Origin: Eledone cirrhosa
Taxonomy: Eukaryota
Assembly (NCBI GenBank): GCA_964016885.1
Contig: OZ024753.1
Coordinates: forward strand, 26,908,001 to 26,972,000
Reading direction: 5' to 3'
DNA length: 64,000 nt
Shown here in pieces: positions 42,312 to 55,089 of this stretch (positions are counted from its first letter, which is position 1; every line of letters starts with the position of its first letter). A program made the position numbers and the translations under genes. Below the pieces are notes generated by a model. It had not been told where the DNA came from. It saw only the letters and a program-made list of their open reading frames with translations, and ran no database searches.

Positions 42312-43021
42312 TTAAGGGCACTGAACCATGAACTACTTCTGGGGTCTGTGCAGGATTAGGGACCCTGTAGATTAAAAGCCATTAGTTTCACAGTAGATCT
42401 GCCACTGCATTCTCCCACAATATACAAACTTATCCGAATTTGCCCACTTGAAAATGTTTAGAGTACAATAAATTCTTTGGACTTCAATGCTTTTATTATT
42501 GCTTTTAGTATTTTTCTAAAATTTCTAATGGCTGTTTAAAACTTCCGAGAGACAAAAAAAAAAAAAAACTTGTTTTACCTATATTTAAGAATAGAAATGT
42601 TTTTAAATTCTTTATTAGCAAATCAAATCTAATAAACAAGATGCCATAAAAATTGTTATTCACAAACTCCCATAAATACTTCACTTCCAGAAGAATAGCA
42701 TTGAAAATAAATAGTAGATTGGAAATTTGTAAATATATATATAGCTTTTATTTTCATATACGTATGGCATATGTAGAAAGAAGTTTATGTATATATATGT
42801 GTGTGAGTTTGTGATTTTATTAAATTACCCTATTGAGTTCAACGATAAATGTTTAACTTAGCAGCAACATCCAATAACATAATAAATACTCATGTCTTTT
42901 CTAACTTTGGCACAAGGCCACAAATTTGTTGAAGAAGCATTTAATTTATCAACTGTGGAGGGAACAAAGCAAGTTGAAATCAAAATCTAAGGCTGTGAAA
43001 CTAAATACAGATATAATATAC

Positions 43022-43053
<32 letters not shown>

Positions 43054-43055
43054 AT

Positions 43056-43337
43056 ATGCCCCGACCCCCTCCCACTGCAAAGTGGTCGTGGAGGTGCCAC
43101 GGCAAAAAAGCACCCAGACCACACTGTAAAGTGGACGTGTAGGCACCAGGGAAAAAAAGCACCCAGCAATCACTGTAAATGAGGTTGGTGTTAGGAAGGG
43201 CATTCAGCTATATAAATCAAGCCAAAATCAGTTCCCGTATGAGCAAGACATGGTCAGCCGACTGGGCACTGCTCACAACAGGACAACCCGTCTAACCCAT
43301 GGAAGAATTGACATAAAACGGTGATGATGATGATGAT
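43056..43337 (+). mobile_element. RTE family A 3'UTR fragment
   Basis: Homologous to 38709-38998. Confidence 0.85.
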
Positions 43338-43711
43338 AATATGATATAATATAATATATATATATATATATATAATATATATATATATATAATATATATA
43401 TAACATATATTTTTGATTTTTGCGTTTCGCTTTGCTTTCCCTGCCCGCCGAAAATGCGATTATCGCTGAATCTTTATTTGTATAATATAATATATATATA
43501 TATTTCGTTTCTGAATTTGTTTAGCAAGATTCTTTATCTGAAAACGTGTTGAAACCGATATTGTTATACTTTGGGAGGGTCATGTTGCCAATAAGAAACA
43601 CACGCACCAGTTGCTTTCACTTCGATTTATTATAATAAATTTATAAATTTAGGAATTTATAAATTTCCAGTTGGTTGGTTCCACAACTAGATGGTTGTTT
43701 ATTTATATATT

Positions 43712-43754
43712 ATCAAAGTTCTTTCGTCACACATTCTGTGACCTCTTCAGTGAC
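43712..43754 (-). ncRNA. Minimal type-I hammerhead motif (left arm)
   Basis: Mirror copy of 43885-43927. Confidence 0.6.
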
Positions 43755-43884
43755 TGGGGATTCTTTTCTTTGTTTTTTGTGCCTCTCCTTTGTTCTGTCC
43801 TACGCCATCTTGTTTTTGTGTATAACAAGATGGCGTAGGACAGAACAAAGGAGAGGCACAAAAAAACAAAGAAAAGAATCCCCA

Positions 43885-43927
43885 GTCACTGAAGAGGTCA
43901 CAGAATGTGTGACGAAAGAACTTTGAC
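43885..43927 (+). ncRNA. Minimal type-I hammerhead motif (CUU)
   Basis: GTCA-CTGAAGA-G-GTCACA GAATG TGTGAC-GAAA-GAAC-TT-TGAC; stem III only 2 bp, one extra G before stem II. Confidence 0.62.
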
Positions 43928-44132
43928 AATATATAAACAACCATCTGGTTGTGGAACCAACCAACCAAACAACCGGAAATTTATAAATTCCTAAATTTAT
44001 AAATTTATTATAATAAATTGAAGTGAAAGCACTGGTGCGTGTATTTCTTATTGGCAACATGACCCTCCCAAAGTATAACAATATATATATAATATGATAT
44101 ATATATATAATATATATAATATAATATATATA

Positions 44133-44321
44133 TAATTGTTTCTACTTTTGGCACAAGGCCAGTAATTACTCAGTACATTACTGGTACTTTATTTTATCGA
44201 CCCCGTAAGGATGAAAGCGAAAGTTAACCTTGACGGGATTTGAACTCCGACCGTAAAGGGACGTAACTATGCTGGAAAGCATGGTGTCCGACCCTCTACC
44301 GATACTGCCAATTCACTGCCC
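44133..44321 (-). mobile_element. SINE family B, full length
   Basis: A and B boxes, central domain and tail as in 8518-8711. Confidence 0.88.
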
Positions 44322-44345
44322 TCATATATATAACATAATATATAC

Positions 44346-44414
<69 letters not shown>

Positions 44415-45991
44415 CAGTTACTGTAAACAATAATACACACGAGGGTCTATAATTTCATCCAATCAACCTTCTTACAGAGTACTCAGTAGTTTATATATGT
44501 ACATATATATATAAACTGTGTGTGTACATATACATACATAACACATATATTTATATATGTGTGAAATGTTGGAAACTCATAAACTTTGCATTCCTTTATT
44601 TTCATTTTTAACCCTTTTGATAGCAACTGACCTTAAACCACTTCTGATTCTATCAAACAAAACCAACTATTTTATATAAGAACCATTTAAAATGAAACCC
44701 TTCCCACCTGAAATTTACTGTTTCCAGCTTTGCAGGTTTAGTTGATTTCCTACCTGGTCACTTCTCATAAAAAGTTTATCAGACATTTTAATGATATGCA
44801 GCCCCCACTCCAACCCAATCCTATCATAAGAACCATTTGTTAAGTTAATATCATCATGATCACTATTTAACATGTCTTCTCCTGCTAACAAGGTTTGGAT
44901 AGGTTGTCACAGACCAAGCGAGTACTCAAGCAGAGTTACTGACCTTGTAGATGGGCTGGTGTTGGCGGTGGGAGTGGGTTTGTCTGTATCTCTCTTACAT
45001 ATGTTTTTACACTTTAATAAGTGATCAGGTGTGTTGGGGAAATGAGGGGGGGGGGGGGGGGCCACTCGTTACTTACATATGTCTGTGCGCTCTGTCAAAA
45101 TAGACAGAATATAATACTATAAGCAGGTTAACTATTCTAAATATTGCAATATATCAACAATTTACATAAATTTTTACAAGTTGTTTATGTAATATTGGTT
45201 TCCCATCTACCAACTTTCCCATGAGATATCATTATAAAACATAGTAGTTATGTTATGTCAAGCAAAACAAAAATAAAAGATAATGTATAAATATATTCTA
45301 TGATTGAACAAAAATAACTGCCACATATTCAACCTATTTGTGTAAAGTAGTTATTTTACATTCTCATAATGGATGCCCATAACCTAACCAATGAAAATAT
45401 ATTTCATTAGTAGAAAGTGTGTCACACGTATGCACGCACGCACACACATACACACACACACAAACAAACACACTATCTCTCTCTTAAACACAATTATTTT
45501 TTAATATATTTGTAAATTAAAAAGAATACAAAAGTTTCTTGTGCAAAATATAAACAGAAAAACAAAACAAAACAAGGAGACTTAATGAAATTAATATCTG
45601 ATTTACATATATTTGTTTTAATCAATTTCCTTTTAGAAACTAAAGATAAAAATATTTCTAACAAAAGAACTAAATAAATAATTTAATGTAATGTAAACAT
45701 TATCAAAGAGATAATGAGTGTAACCATGGTGACATAAATAAGATGTAACCATGGTGAAAACATCAAAATTAGCCTAGTAATTTTTTTGATTTGAGAAATT
45801 CATTTTGATAACAGCTATGGCAACAACATTTTCTATATTTGGTATAAGCCCATGGAGGGGGTGTTGACAATTTAAACAACTCTTGTACTTGATTGGTTTT
45901 ATTGATTCTGGAATGATGAAGCCAAAGTTAACCTTTGGCGGGATATACATATTCTGTAGAAATAATTCATTTTAAAGAATAGCTTCTTTAA

Positions 45992-46145
45992 GACTTGGGA
46001 CCCTATACTGCTGAGCTCCTCTACAAGATCAGAATGTTAGCAGCCTGTCTGGAGAAGCAGCCCCGCGAGGAGGGGTGGCTATTACAGTGGATGTCGGTGG
46101 CCATTGTTCACGGGAATGCGTTTGTGGTCTTGTCCACAGGGCACA
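45992..46145 (+). pseudogene. CRE-clade (restriction-like endonuclease) non-LTR element C-terminal remnant
   Basis: LGPYTAELLYKI...QPREEGWLLQWMSVAIVHGNAFVVLST resembles the QRLSVAIQRGNA C-terminal motif. Confidence 0.65.
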
Positions 46146-46556
46146 GCCCCAATACCACCACACCCTTCCACTTCCTTGTCCCATTCTTCTGTGACCCTAG
46201 AGCCCTTGCTTTTCCCTTCACTTCCGTTTTCATAAACACAAAAGACACTTGCAATTTTTTCAATGAAACATTTTTACAGGTAACCTTGCCTTCCCCAAAT
46301 GTGTATTTAGTTATATGGGAATCATACGTCTATACCTTGAGAAATCCCTCCAGGAATAAGATATAAGGTGAAATAATGTTATTTCCACAAATTTATAAGT
46401 ATATAAATATTCTACTCAGTGTTGATTATTAATCTATCACTGTATGAAATCAATTTTATTATACTGTCTAGAACTCTGTGTATGTGTGTGCGTATACATC
46501 TATATATATAGATATATATATATATATATCATCATTAAACGATGATGATGATGATG

Positions 46557-46587
<31 letters not shown>

Positions 46588-46610
46588 TGATCATATATAT
46601 ATATATATAT

Positions 46611-47942
46611 ATGTCCCAAATGCAAAGTATGGGTGCATAAAAGATGTAGTGGGATCACAGGTAAGCTAACTAAGAACACAGATTTTACATGTGGCCGGTG
46701 CTCTGGTGCAATAAGTAGCAGCAAGTGCCCACAAAATACTAGCTCCTTCAATTGTGCAGAGGGTTCTATAGAAATAGTGGACAGCTTCCGTTACCTGGGT
46801 GACAAAATCAGCAGTGGGGGAGGGTGCTCTGAAAGTACAGTAGCTAGAGTCAGAACTGGATGGAAAAAGTTCAGAGAGCTTATACCACTATTAGCCGCTA
46901 AAGGGTTCTCCCTAAAAATGAAAGGCAGGTTGTATGATGCCTGCATATGAACAGCAATGTTGCATGGCAGTGAGACCTGGGCATTGTGTGCAGAGGATAT
47001 ACGCAGACTAGAGAGGAACGAAGCTTGCATGCTCCGCTGGATGTGTAATAGTAATATACGTGAACGGCAAAGCATAAACGAACTAGGGAAAAAATTAGAA
47101 ATAAGAGGGATCAGATGTTGTTTACTCAAGAGAAGGCTACGTTGGTATGGTCACGTGATGCGCATGAAAGACGACAGCTGTATAACAAAGTGCAGGGCAA
47201 TAAAGATAGATGGTAGCCACGGAGTAGGCAGACCCAGAAAAACCTGGGACGAGCTGATAAATTCCGACCTCACACACTTACACCTCTCCAAGACAATGTC
47301 ACTGGACCGAGACCTTTGGCGGTACTCAGTAATAGAGAAGACCCGCCTTACCTAACTACAAAGTAAAACCTACTACAGTCAGTAGGCATCTCTAACAAAA
47401 TACACCCCCGTCCCACCACCCCCACCCCATCCACACCGCCCCTTTCAATGTAAAGTTATGTTGGTGCCACAACATCCAGGCCGAAACAAATGAGATCGTA
47501 TAGGTGTCACGACAAAAAACACACAGTCCACGCTGTAATGTGGCCGTGTAGGCAACACGGTAAAAACCTCCCAGTCCCACACTGTAAATGTGGTTGGTGT
47601 TAGGAAGGGCATCCAGCTGTAGAAAACCCGCCAGACAGTCCACGCTGTAATGTGGCCGTGTAGGCAACACGGTAAATGTGGTTGGTGTTAGGAAGGGCAT
47701 CCAGCTGTAGAAAACCCGCCAGACAGTCCACGCTGTAATGTGGCCGTGTAGGCAACACGGTAAAAACCTCCCAGCCCCACACTGTAAATGTGGTTGGTGT
47801 TAGGAAGGGCATCCAGCTGTAGAAAACCCGCCAGACAGTCCTATGCGAGCAAGACAATCACTCTTGCCTCAAGTGGGAAAACCCCCGTCCAAACCCATGC
47901 AAGCGTGGAACATGGACGTTAAACGATGATGATGATGATGAT
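46611..47942 (+). mobile_element. RTE LINE family B, 5'-truncated
   Basis: ORFs 46633-46950 and 46957-47355 in one frame split by CGA>TGA; near-identical to 53950-55089; 3'UTR segment triplicated. Confidence 0.93.
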
Positions 47943-47954
47943 ATATATATATAT

Positions 47955-48225
47955 AAGTAGAAGTTGTATTTAATTTGTTGGAAGTCCGACAAACATAAAT
48001 GTTTATAACTGATTTAGAGCACTCAACAAATTACTGGAGTAAATATTCAATGATATTAAATAAATGGAAACTATATTTATAAAACCATATTTATTTTATT
48101 ATATATATTTCAAGGGCAACCAAGACAACAATGGTACGCTTTCATCAGATAAAATACAAAGTTTGCTTTATAAATAGAGACATACCCATGTAAATCATAC
48201 CTTATCGGTTGGAAATTCACTGGAT
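47955..48225 (-). mobile_element. (TA)n-flanked PLE-type insert carrying a hammerhead
   Basis: Same family as 35213-35392. Confidence 0.7.
48092..48156 (-). ncRNA. Type-I hammerhead ribozyme motif (AUA)
   Basis: TATTTTAT-CTGATGA-AAGCGTACCA..TGGTTGCCCTT-GAAA-TATATA-TA-ATAAAATA; perfect 8-bp stem I, palindromic stem III. Confidence 0.82.
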
Positions 48226-48242
48226 ATATATATATGTATATT

Positions 48243-48408
48243 TGAAAATATTCAGGACCCTGAAAGCTGAGCTCCGGCCGTTTTGACAGCTAGATCTGGA
48301 GCTCAGCCTTCGGGGTCCTGAATCTTTTCATATCACCCACTCTACTACCCCATGTATCGAGTACTCTGGTGGATTATGGTCACCTGGTTTTTACCACACC
48401 CTATCTGA
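48243..48408. repeat. (TA)n-flanked repeat with 33-bp hairpin
   Basis: 48243-48275 pairs with 48298-48330 (30/33); remainder homologous to 55215-55375. Confidence 0.7.
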
Positions 48409-48461
48409 TATATATATATATATATATATATCCTCATTTTTACGTCCGTTTTTCCATGCTT

Positions 48462-48630
48462 CACGGCATAGAGTTACGTTCCGAGTTCAAATCCCGCCAA
48501 GGTTAACTTTGTCTTTCAACCTTACAGGGTCAATAAATAAAGTACCAGTAATACACTGAGGCTGATTTAATCGACTTTCCCACCCCCCTTAAAATTGCTG
48601 GTCTTGTGCCTAAATCAGAAATCATTATTA
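48462..48630 (+). mobile_element. SINE family B, 5'-truncated
   Basis: gagttcaaatcccgcc, central domain and tail. Confidence 0.8.
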
Positions 48631-49789
48631 GTAGTAGCTTGTAACAAGTTTTCCCAGTTGATAGGTAAACTGGGTACAATGTTATATGATAATCCTATTG
48701 ATATTTCATATATAACAATGTCTTATCTTTAATAATAGAGAAGAGTCTATTTTAAATGAATCGTGCTATGCCATCTAGTGGATGGAATACAACAGAATCT
48801 TAAAAGATAAGAAAAAAAAATCGAAACAAAACTACAAAACTACCTAGAGATTTAAATTTGTTTAATTACATATTTTATATAGAGAAATATATACATCAAG
48901 TGTATTAAGTGATAATAGACAGAGAATGTAAGAAATCTTACAAGATCTATAAGAAATTCTAGGTTTGTTGTGACACATTAAACTTAAGTAGCCTATGTTA
49001 ATTGAATTAAGAAATCCTTCAGAGTTACTTCACTCAATTAACGAATAACAATTTAAAAAAAAAAAAAAAAATTAATAACATCAAAGCTTAAAAATATATA
49101 AAGCAAAAATAATAAAACTAATCCCCCCCCCCCCAAAAAAAAAACAATAACAAATTATTAGTGAAAATTTAATGAAGAAATTTATTTCAAATTTTTAATT
49201 AATACATTCAGAGTTTTCTGAAGAGATGATTCTTTCTAAGGAAAAACTTAAGTTAATATTCTAATTAATATAACCCAAATTAGAACCAGTTTATAAATAA
49301 ATATAGTCATTTTACTTCAGATATTAAATTTGAATAAATTTCCTAATTTTTTTACTTAACTTTTGTTAATTAAATTTTATTAGAAAATAATAGAGGTATT
49401 TTTTTTAGCATGAATAGAAAATAATCTTTGCAACCATGAAGTAATATATTTAATTAAAAGTTAATAACATGTATACTTTGTAAACTTGTTGCTAAAGTGT
49501 ATTTTACTTATATAGTTGCATATTTTAGCAGAGTAACTAAAATAATAATTAAATAATTAAAAACTAATTTAATATAATAATTACTAAGATTGGCACTTGG
49601 CCACAAATTTGGGGAGAAGAGAGAGGGGGAGAGAGAGAGAGGGAATCATCATCATTTTTACGTCTACTTTTCTATGCTGCCATGGGCTGGAGAAGTGTGT
49701 TTAGTGAAGCAATCTTCTACAGCTAGATGCCATTCTTGGCACCAACCTTTTATATTTCACGCTTGAGAGCAGCAGGGATTATTTTTTAT

Positions 49790-50196
49790 ATCGGTGTCAT
49801 CCAATACTGAGCCCCAAAACTATGGTTACGTTGTAAGATGGGTTCAGCGTGGCCAACTGAAAGACACCACTATGCAGAGGGACTGGCAAGTTGGCCGCAC
49901 CAAACCCTTTGCACAGTAGACCCTCAGTTCAAGTGTTGGATGCTGCTGTGGTTCCAATATGAGATGGGTTCGACATGGTCAAATGGCCTGTCCCTCCTTA
50001 TAACGGTGCCATCCAGTTCCACACTGCAAATGTGGTTGGTGTTAGGAAGGGCATCCAGCTGTAAAATCCCCAGCCAAATTTACAGTCCTTGTCGGAGCAA
50101 GATACAGTGTTGCCAATTCTGGCCAAACTTGCTTCCCAGCATGGACGACTTATCTAACCCATGCAAGCATGGAAAAATGGACGTTAAATGATGATG

Positions 50197-50198
<2 letters not shown>
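49790..50198 (+). mobile_element. RTE-type 3'UTR variant with (GAT)n tail
   Basis: gttggtgttaggaagggcatccagctgtaaaa and acccatgcaagcatggaaaaatggacgttaaatgatgatgat. Confidence 0.7.
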
Positions 50199-50246
<48 letters not shown>

Positions 50247-50362
50247 GGCGTGTGGCTGAGTGGTTAGAGAATTGGAGTCGCAATCGTAAGGTTGTGAGTT
50301 TGATTCCTGGACCAGGCGATGCGTTATGTCCTTGAGCAAGACACTTTATTTCACGTTGTTCC
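50247..50362 (+). mobile_element. SINE head and core (family A-related), 3'-truncated
   Basis: TGGCTGAGTGG A box, GAGTTTGATTCC B box, gtccttgagcaagacactttatttcac. Confidence 0.75.
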
Positions 50363-50462
50363 TTCTACCTGGAGTTGCGACCGATAGATAGTATTAGCAA
50401 TTGGAAAGACCAACGGAAACATTGTTCCCTCGGTCCGATTTGACGAAAGTCGATCGTTCCTT

Positions 50463-50607
<145 letters not shown>

Positions 50608-50924
50608 ACACACGGTGAAGACGTAGAACTTGCGCCTATGTTTAAACAAATAATAATAAACTATTTTGAAAGCTATGATGCAAACTAATATTGCTTTCTT
50701 TTTATATTGTATCTGGCTTTTAAAAAATGGCGAATCTTGACAAATTAAAAGAATAGTGAGGAGTGGAAAAGTAAGGTGGTGTTGTATGTAGTTTGTGCAG
50801 GGATGAATAACGAGGTATGTTGAAAACTTAAAACTCCCACAACACACAGTCCAGATGGAGAGGAAAGAGTTCGAGGGCAGTAACTAGGAAAACTAATAAT
50901 CACAAAGGGTGATAGATGCTTATT

Positions 50925-51120
50925 CCATCCAGAATGTTGAGCAGTTCATTGAGGAAGACCACCTCCATTGGGATACCCGAGATCACCAGGCAACTGGGAA
51001 GTGATGAGAAGACTATTAGGACATTGAACAAAGACTTTCTTTACAAGTATTACAAGATGTAGACAGGACAGTTGCTCACTCAGAAGGAGAACTGTATGAA
51101 GAGGGCCAAGAAGCTGCTAA
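50925..51120 (+). pseudogene. Tc1/mariner-superfamily transposase remnant (HTH/linker region)
   Basis: IQNVEQFIEED/PEITRQLGSDEKTIRTLNKDFLYKYYKM*TGQLLTQKENCMKRAKKLL. Confidence 0.6.
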
Positions 51121-51124
51121 TGTT

Positions 51125-51733
51125 GTCATCCAGGTAGCAGAAACTGTCTACTGCTTCTACAGAACCTTCCAAGAATTTGATAGCACTTGTTTCCTGTGGG
51201 CATTTGCTGCTTACTATTCCTGTGCAACGGCCACATATAAAACCTACGCTCTTAGCTAAGCTATCTGAAATCCCACTATATCTCTTGTGTATCCAGAGTT
51301 AGCACTTGGGACAGTCAATGGAATTTCTACCTATGCATTTCCTACACACTGAGCAAGGCCATTTCCCTGAGGGGATCAGGGTTCTGTTTTCTCTTCTACT
51401 TTCTAGGACCTTAGTCTTTGTCAGGTTGACTTTAAGACCCTTTGATTCTAGACTGTTTCCAGATTTGGAATTTCTTTTCTAATTCTGCCATAGATTCAGC
51501 TATAAGTATGAGATCATCTACATACAGGAGTTCCGTTGGGCAGCCAGTCATGAACTCTTGTTATAGCCTGCACGACGATAATAAATAGAAGAGGGCTAAG
51601 AACAGAGCACTGGTGGACACCTACCAGCATGCTAAATTCTTCACTGTAGTCATTATTAATCCTAACCTTGCTGACTGCTCCGCTACACATGGCTCGTACA
51701 GCCTTCACAAGTCACTCATCTACTCCTAATTTC
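51125..51733 (-). pseudogene. RTE RT/PHD fragment, degenerate
   Basis: KLGVDE*LVKAVRAMCSGAVSKVRINNDYSEEFSMLVGVHQCSVLSPLLF...SGKWPCSVCRK...GSVEAVDSFCYLDD. Confidence 0.88.
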
Positions 51734-52090
51734 AAAGTCAAAGTCCTCACATCCCTCTTTGAACCTTTAGTGCCACTTAAAAACCCATGAGCATGGCATT
51801 GTCTCCGTACAATTGCTGCAGTATTATGATTGCTTCTGACAGGGTTTTCCCTAACCAGACCCAAAACTTCAGGTTGGTTAGTTGCTCTCTGCTCATCACT
51901 CAACAGTCTAAAATTAAGGAGCTGTTAACAAAACCATGTAAAAAAACATACAATGGCTGCAGAGAGATGATATCACAATTACATACTACCTGGATATTTC
52001 ATCATGCGGTGATGTAACTTGCTAATCGTTATGTCACTCATAGCTCACACAGCAAAGTAAGTCCTATTACTTTTCTGACACACCTTGTGT

Positions 52091-52728
52091 AGGGATCAGA
52101 TGCTGTTTACTTGAGAGAAGACTACGTTGGTATGGTCTCGTGATGCGCATGAAAGACGACAGCTGTATAAAAAAGTGCAGGGTGATCAAAATTGAAGGAA
52201 GTTATGGAGTAGGTAGACCCAGAAAAACCTGGGATGATTGGATAAATTCCGACCTTACACACTTGCACCTCTCTAAGACAATATCACTGGACCGAGATCT
52301 TTGGTGGCATGCAGTAATACAGAAGACCCACCTTGCCTATGTACAAAGCGAAACCTACAGACAGTAGGCACCTCTTAACCAATTATACACCCCACACACT
52401 ACCCCTACTCCCCTCTCCCACTCCCACCAACACCAACCTTTCTCTGTAAAGTTATGTTGCTACCACAACATCCAGTTCAAACTAATGAGATCGTGTAGGT
52501 GTCACGACAAAAAAAAACACACAGTCCACGCTGTAATGTGGCCGCGTAGGTAACACGGTAAAAAGCTGCCAGTCCACACTGTAAATGTGGTTAGTGTGAG
52601 TAAGGGCATCCAGCCATAGAAAACCTGCCAGATAGTCCTATACAAGCGAGACATGGTCACCCGACCAATCTTCTAACCCATCTAACCCATGCTAGCGTGG
52701 AAGATAGACGTTAAACGATGATGATGAT
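52091..52728 (+). mobile_element. RTE family B-related 3' fragment
   Basis: GIRCCLLERRLRWYG...GVGRPRKTWDDWINSDLTHL; 3'UTR and (GAT)n. Confidence 0.88.
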
Positions 52729-52820
52729 ATATATATATACATATATATCTGTATATAGATCTGTACACATATATGTATATATATATCTATATATATATGT
52801 ACATATCTATATATGTACAT

Positions 52821-53067
52821 TCAATTCTCAGACACTTTATTTCACATTGCTCCAGTTTACTCAGCTGTAGAAATGAGATGATAGGGACTGGGGTCCATAT
52901 CATTCCAGTGCAAAGTGGTTGTGGAGGTGCCATGTCAAAAAAGCACCCAGCACTCACTGTAAATGAGGTTGATGTTAGGAACGGCATCCAGCTGTAGAAA
53001 TCAAGCCAGAATCAGTTCCCGTCCCACCCTTGCAAGCAGGGAAAAAGCAGACGTAAAATGAAATGAT
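52821..53067 (+). mobile_element. SINE family A, headless, with microhomology (agac) deletion
   Basis: Aligns to 63809-64000 and to the reverse complement of 14604-14890. Confidence 0.85.
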
Positions 53068-53119
53068 ATATATCTATATATATATGTACATATATATCTA
53101 TATAATATGTACATATATT

Positions 53120-53278
53120 CAGGGGCCATCTTAACGCATGGGCATGCTGGGCAGTTATCCGGGGGCTCCACGAGAATAGGGGGCCCATTTGTATTCTTAT
53201 TCCTGTGAGTGGTTGTGTAGGTAGGGGCCCCAGTACTCTGCTTTGCCCGGGGCCTATAATGCTGTTAAGACGGCCCTG
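53120..53278. mobile_element. hAT-type MITE
   Basis: TIRs CAGGGGCCATCTTAAC / GTTAAGACGGCCCTG; 8-bp TSD catatatt/catatata. Confidence 0.82.
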
Positions 53279-53422
53279 CATATATATATGTATATATATA
53301 TATAAAATATACATATATATATGAAATATACATATATAAAATATACATATATAAAATATACATATATATATATAAAATATACATATATATAAAATATATA
53401 AAATATATATATATATATAAAA

Positions 53423-55089
53423 CAGGAGAAGTACCTAGATAAAAGTAAACCCCTATACTTAGCTTTTGTTGACTTGGAGAAAGCCTTCGACAGAGTCCCC
53501 CGCTCCATTATCTGGTGGGCTCTTAGAAAACTAGGCGTTAACGAATGGCTTGTGAGGGCTATACAAGCCATGTATAAAGAAACAGTCAGCAAGGTTAGAA
53601 TTAACAACGAATATAGTGAAGAGTTTAGCGTAAAAGTTGGCGTCCATCAGGGCTCTATTCTTAGCCCCCTACTATTTATTATTGCCCTTCAGGCTATAAC
53701 AGAGGAGTTCAAGACCGGCTGCCCATGGGAACTCCTATACGCAGATGATCTAACGCTCATAGCTGAATCAATGACCGAGCTAGAGAAGAAATTCCAAACA
53801 TGGAAGCACGGCCTAGAATCAAAAGGCCTTAAAATTAACCTGGCTAAGACTAAAGTTCTAGTTTGTAGGAAAGAAAATAAGGCGGCGGTTACTTCCGGGA
53901 AATGGCCATGCTCAGTGTGTAGGAAAGGCGTAGGTAGAAACTCCATTTTATGTCCCAAATGCAAAGTATGGGTGCATAAAAGATGTAGTGGGATCACAGG
54001 TAAGCTAACTAAGAACATAGATTTTACATGTGGCCGGTGCTCTGGTGCAATAAGTAGCAGCAAGTGCCCACAAAAATACTAGCCCTTTCAATTGCGCAGA
54101 GGGTTCTATAGAAATAGTGGACAGCTTCCGTTACCTGGGTGACAAAATCAGCAGTGGGGGAGGGTGCTCTGAAAGTACAGTAGCTAGAGTCAGAACTGGA
54201 TGGAAAAAGTTCAGAGAGCTTATACCATTATTAGCCGCTAAAGGGTTCTCCCTAAAAATGAAAGGCAGGTTGTATGATGCCTGCATACGAACAGCAATGT
54301 TGCATGGCAGTGAGACCTGGGCATTGTGTGCAGAGGATATACGCAGACTAGAGAGGAACGAAGCTTGCATGCTCCGCTGGATGTGTAATAGTAAAATACG
54401 TGAACGGCTAAGCATAAACGAACTAAGGAAAAAATTAGAAATAAGAGGGATCAGATGTTGTTTACTCGAGAGAAGGCTACGTTGGTATGGTCACGTGATG
54501 TGCATGAAAGACGACAACTGTATAACAAAGTGCAGGGCAATAAAGATAGACGGTAGCCACGGAGTAGGCAGACCCAGAAAAACCTGGGACGACTTGATAA
54601 ATTCCGACCTCACACGCTTACACCTCTCCAAGACAATGTCACTGGACCGAGACCTTTGGCGGTACTCAGTAATAGAGAAGACCCGCCTTACCTAAATACA
54701 AAGTAAAACCTACTACAGTCAGTAGGCATCTCTAACAAAACACACCCCCGTCCCACCACCCCCACCCCATCCACACCGCCCCTTTCAATGTAAAGTTATG
54801 TTGGTGCCACAACATCCAGGCCGAAACAAATGAGATCGTGTAGGTGTCACGACAAAAAAACACTCAGTCCAAGCTGTAATGTGGCCGTGTAGGCAACCCG
54901 GTAAAAACCTCCCAGCCCCACACTGTAAATGTGGTTGGTGTTAGGAAGGGCATCCAGCTGTAGAAAACCCGCCAGACAGTCCTATGCGAGCGAGACAATC
55001 ACTCTTGCCTCAAGTGGGAAAACCCCCGTCCAAACCCATGCAAGCGTGGAACACGGACGTTAAACGTTGATGATGATGATGATGATGAT
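53423..55089 (+). mobile_element. RTE LINE family B, longest copy (RT with YADD, PHD finger, C-terminus, 3'UTR)
   Basis: ORFs 53474-54082 and 54117-54695 joined by a 1-nt insertion in an A run near 54073; motifs DLEKAFDRVP, GVHQGSILSPLLF, YADD (53738-53749), YLG, LRWYGHV. Confidence 0.95.

Larger units (their letters stand above)
43501..44084. mobile_element. Penelope-like element reduced to two inverted pLTRs (palindrome) plus tail
   Basis: Arms 43558-43814 and 43824-44084 are reverse complements, 9-nt spacer; same sequence as the pLTR at 62840-63090; 43501-43557 extension also at 62385-62442. Confidence 0.88.

Noticed and set aside
49212-49255. CTGAAGA...GAAA hammerhead candidate
   Set aside because: Stem II and the cleavage-site geometry cannot be formed.
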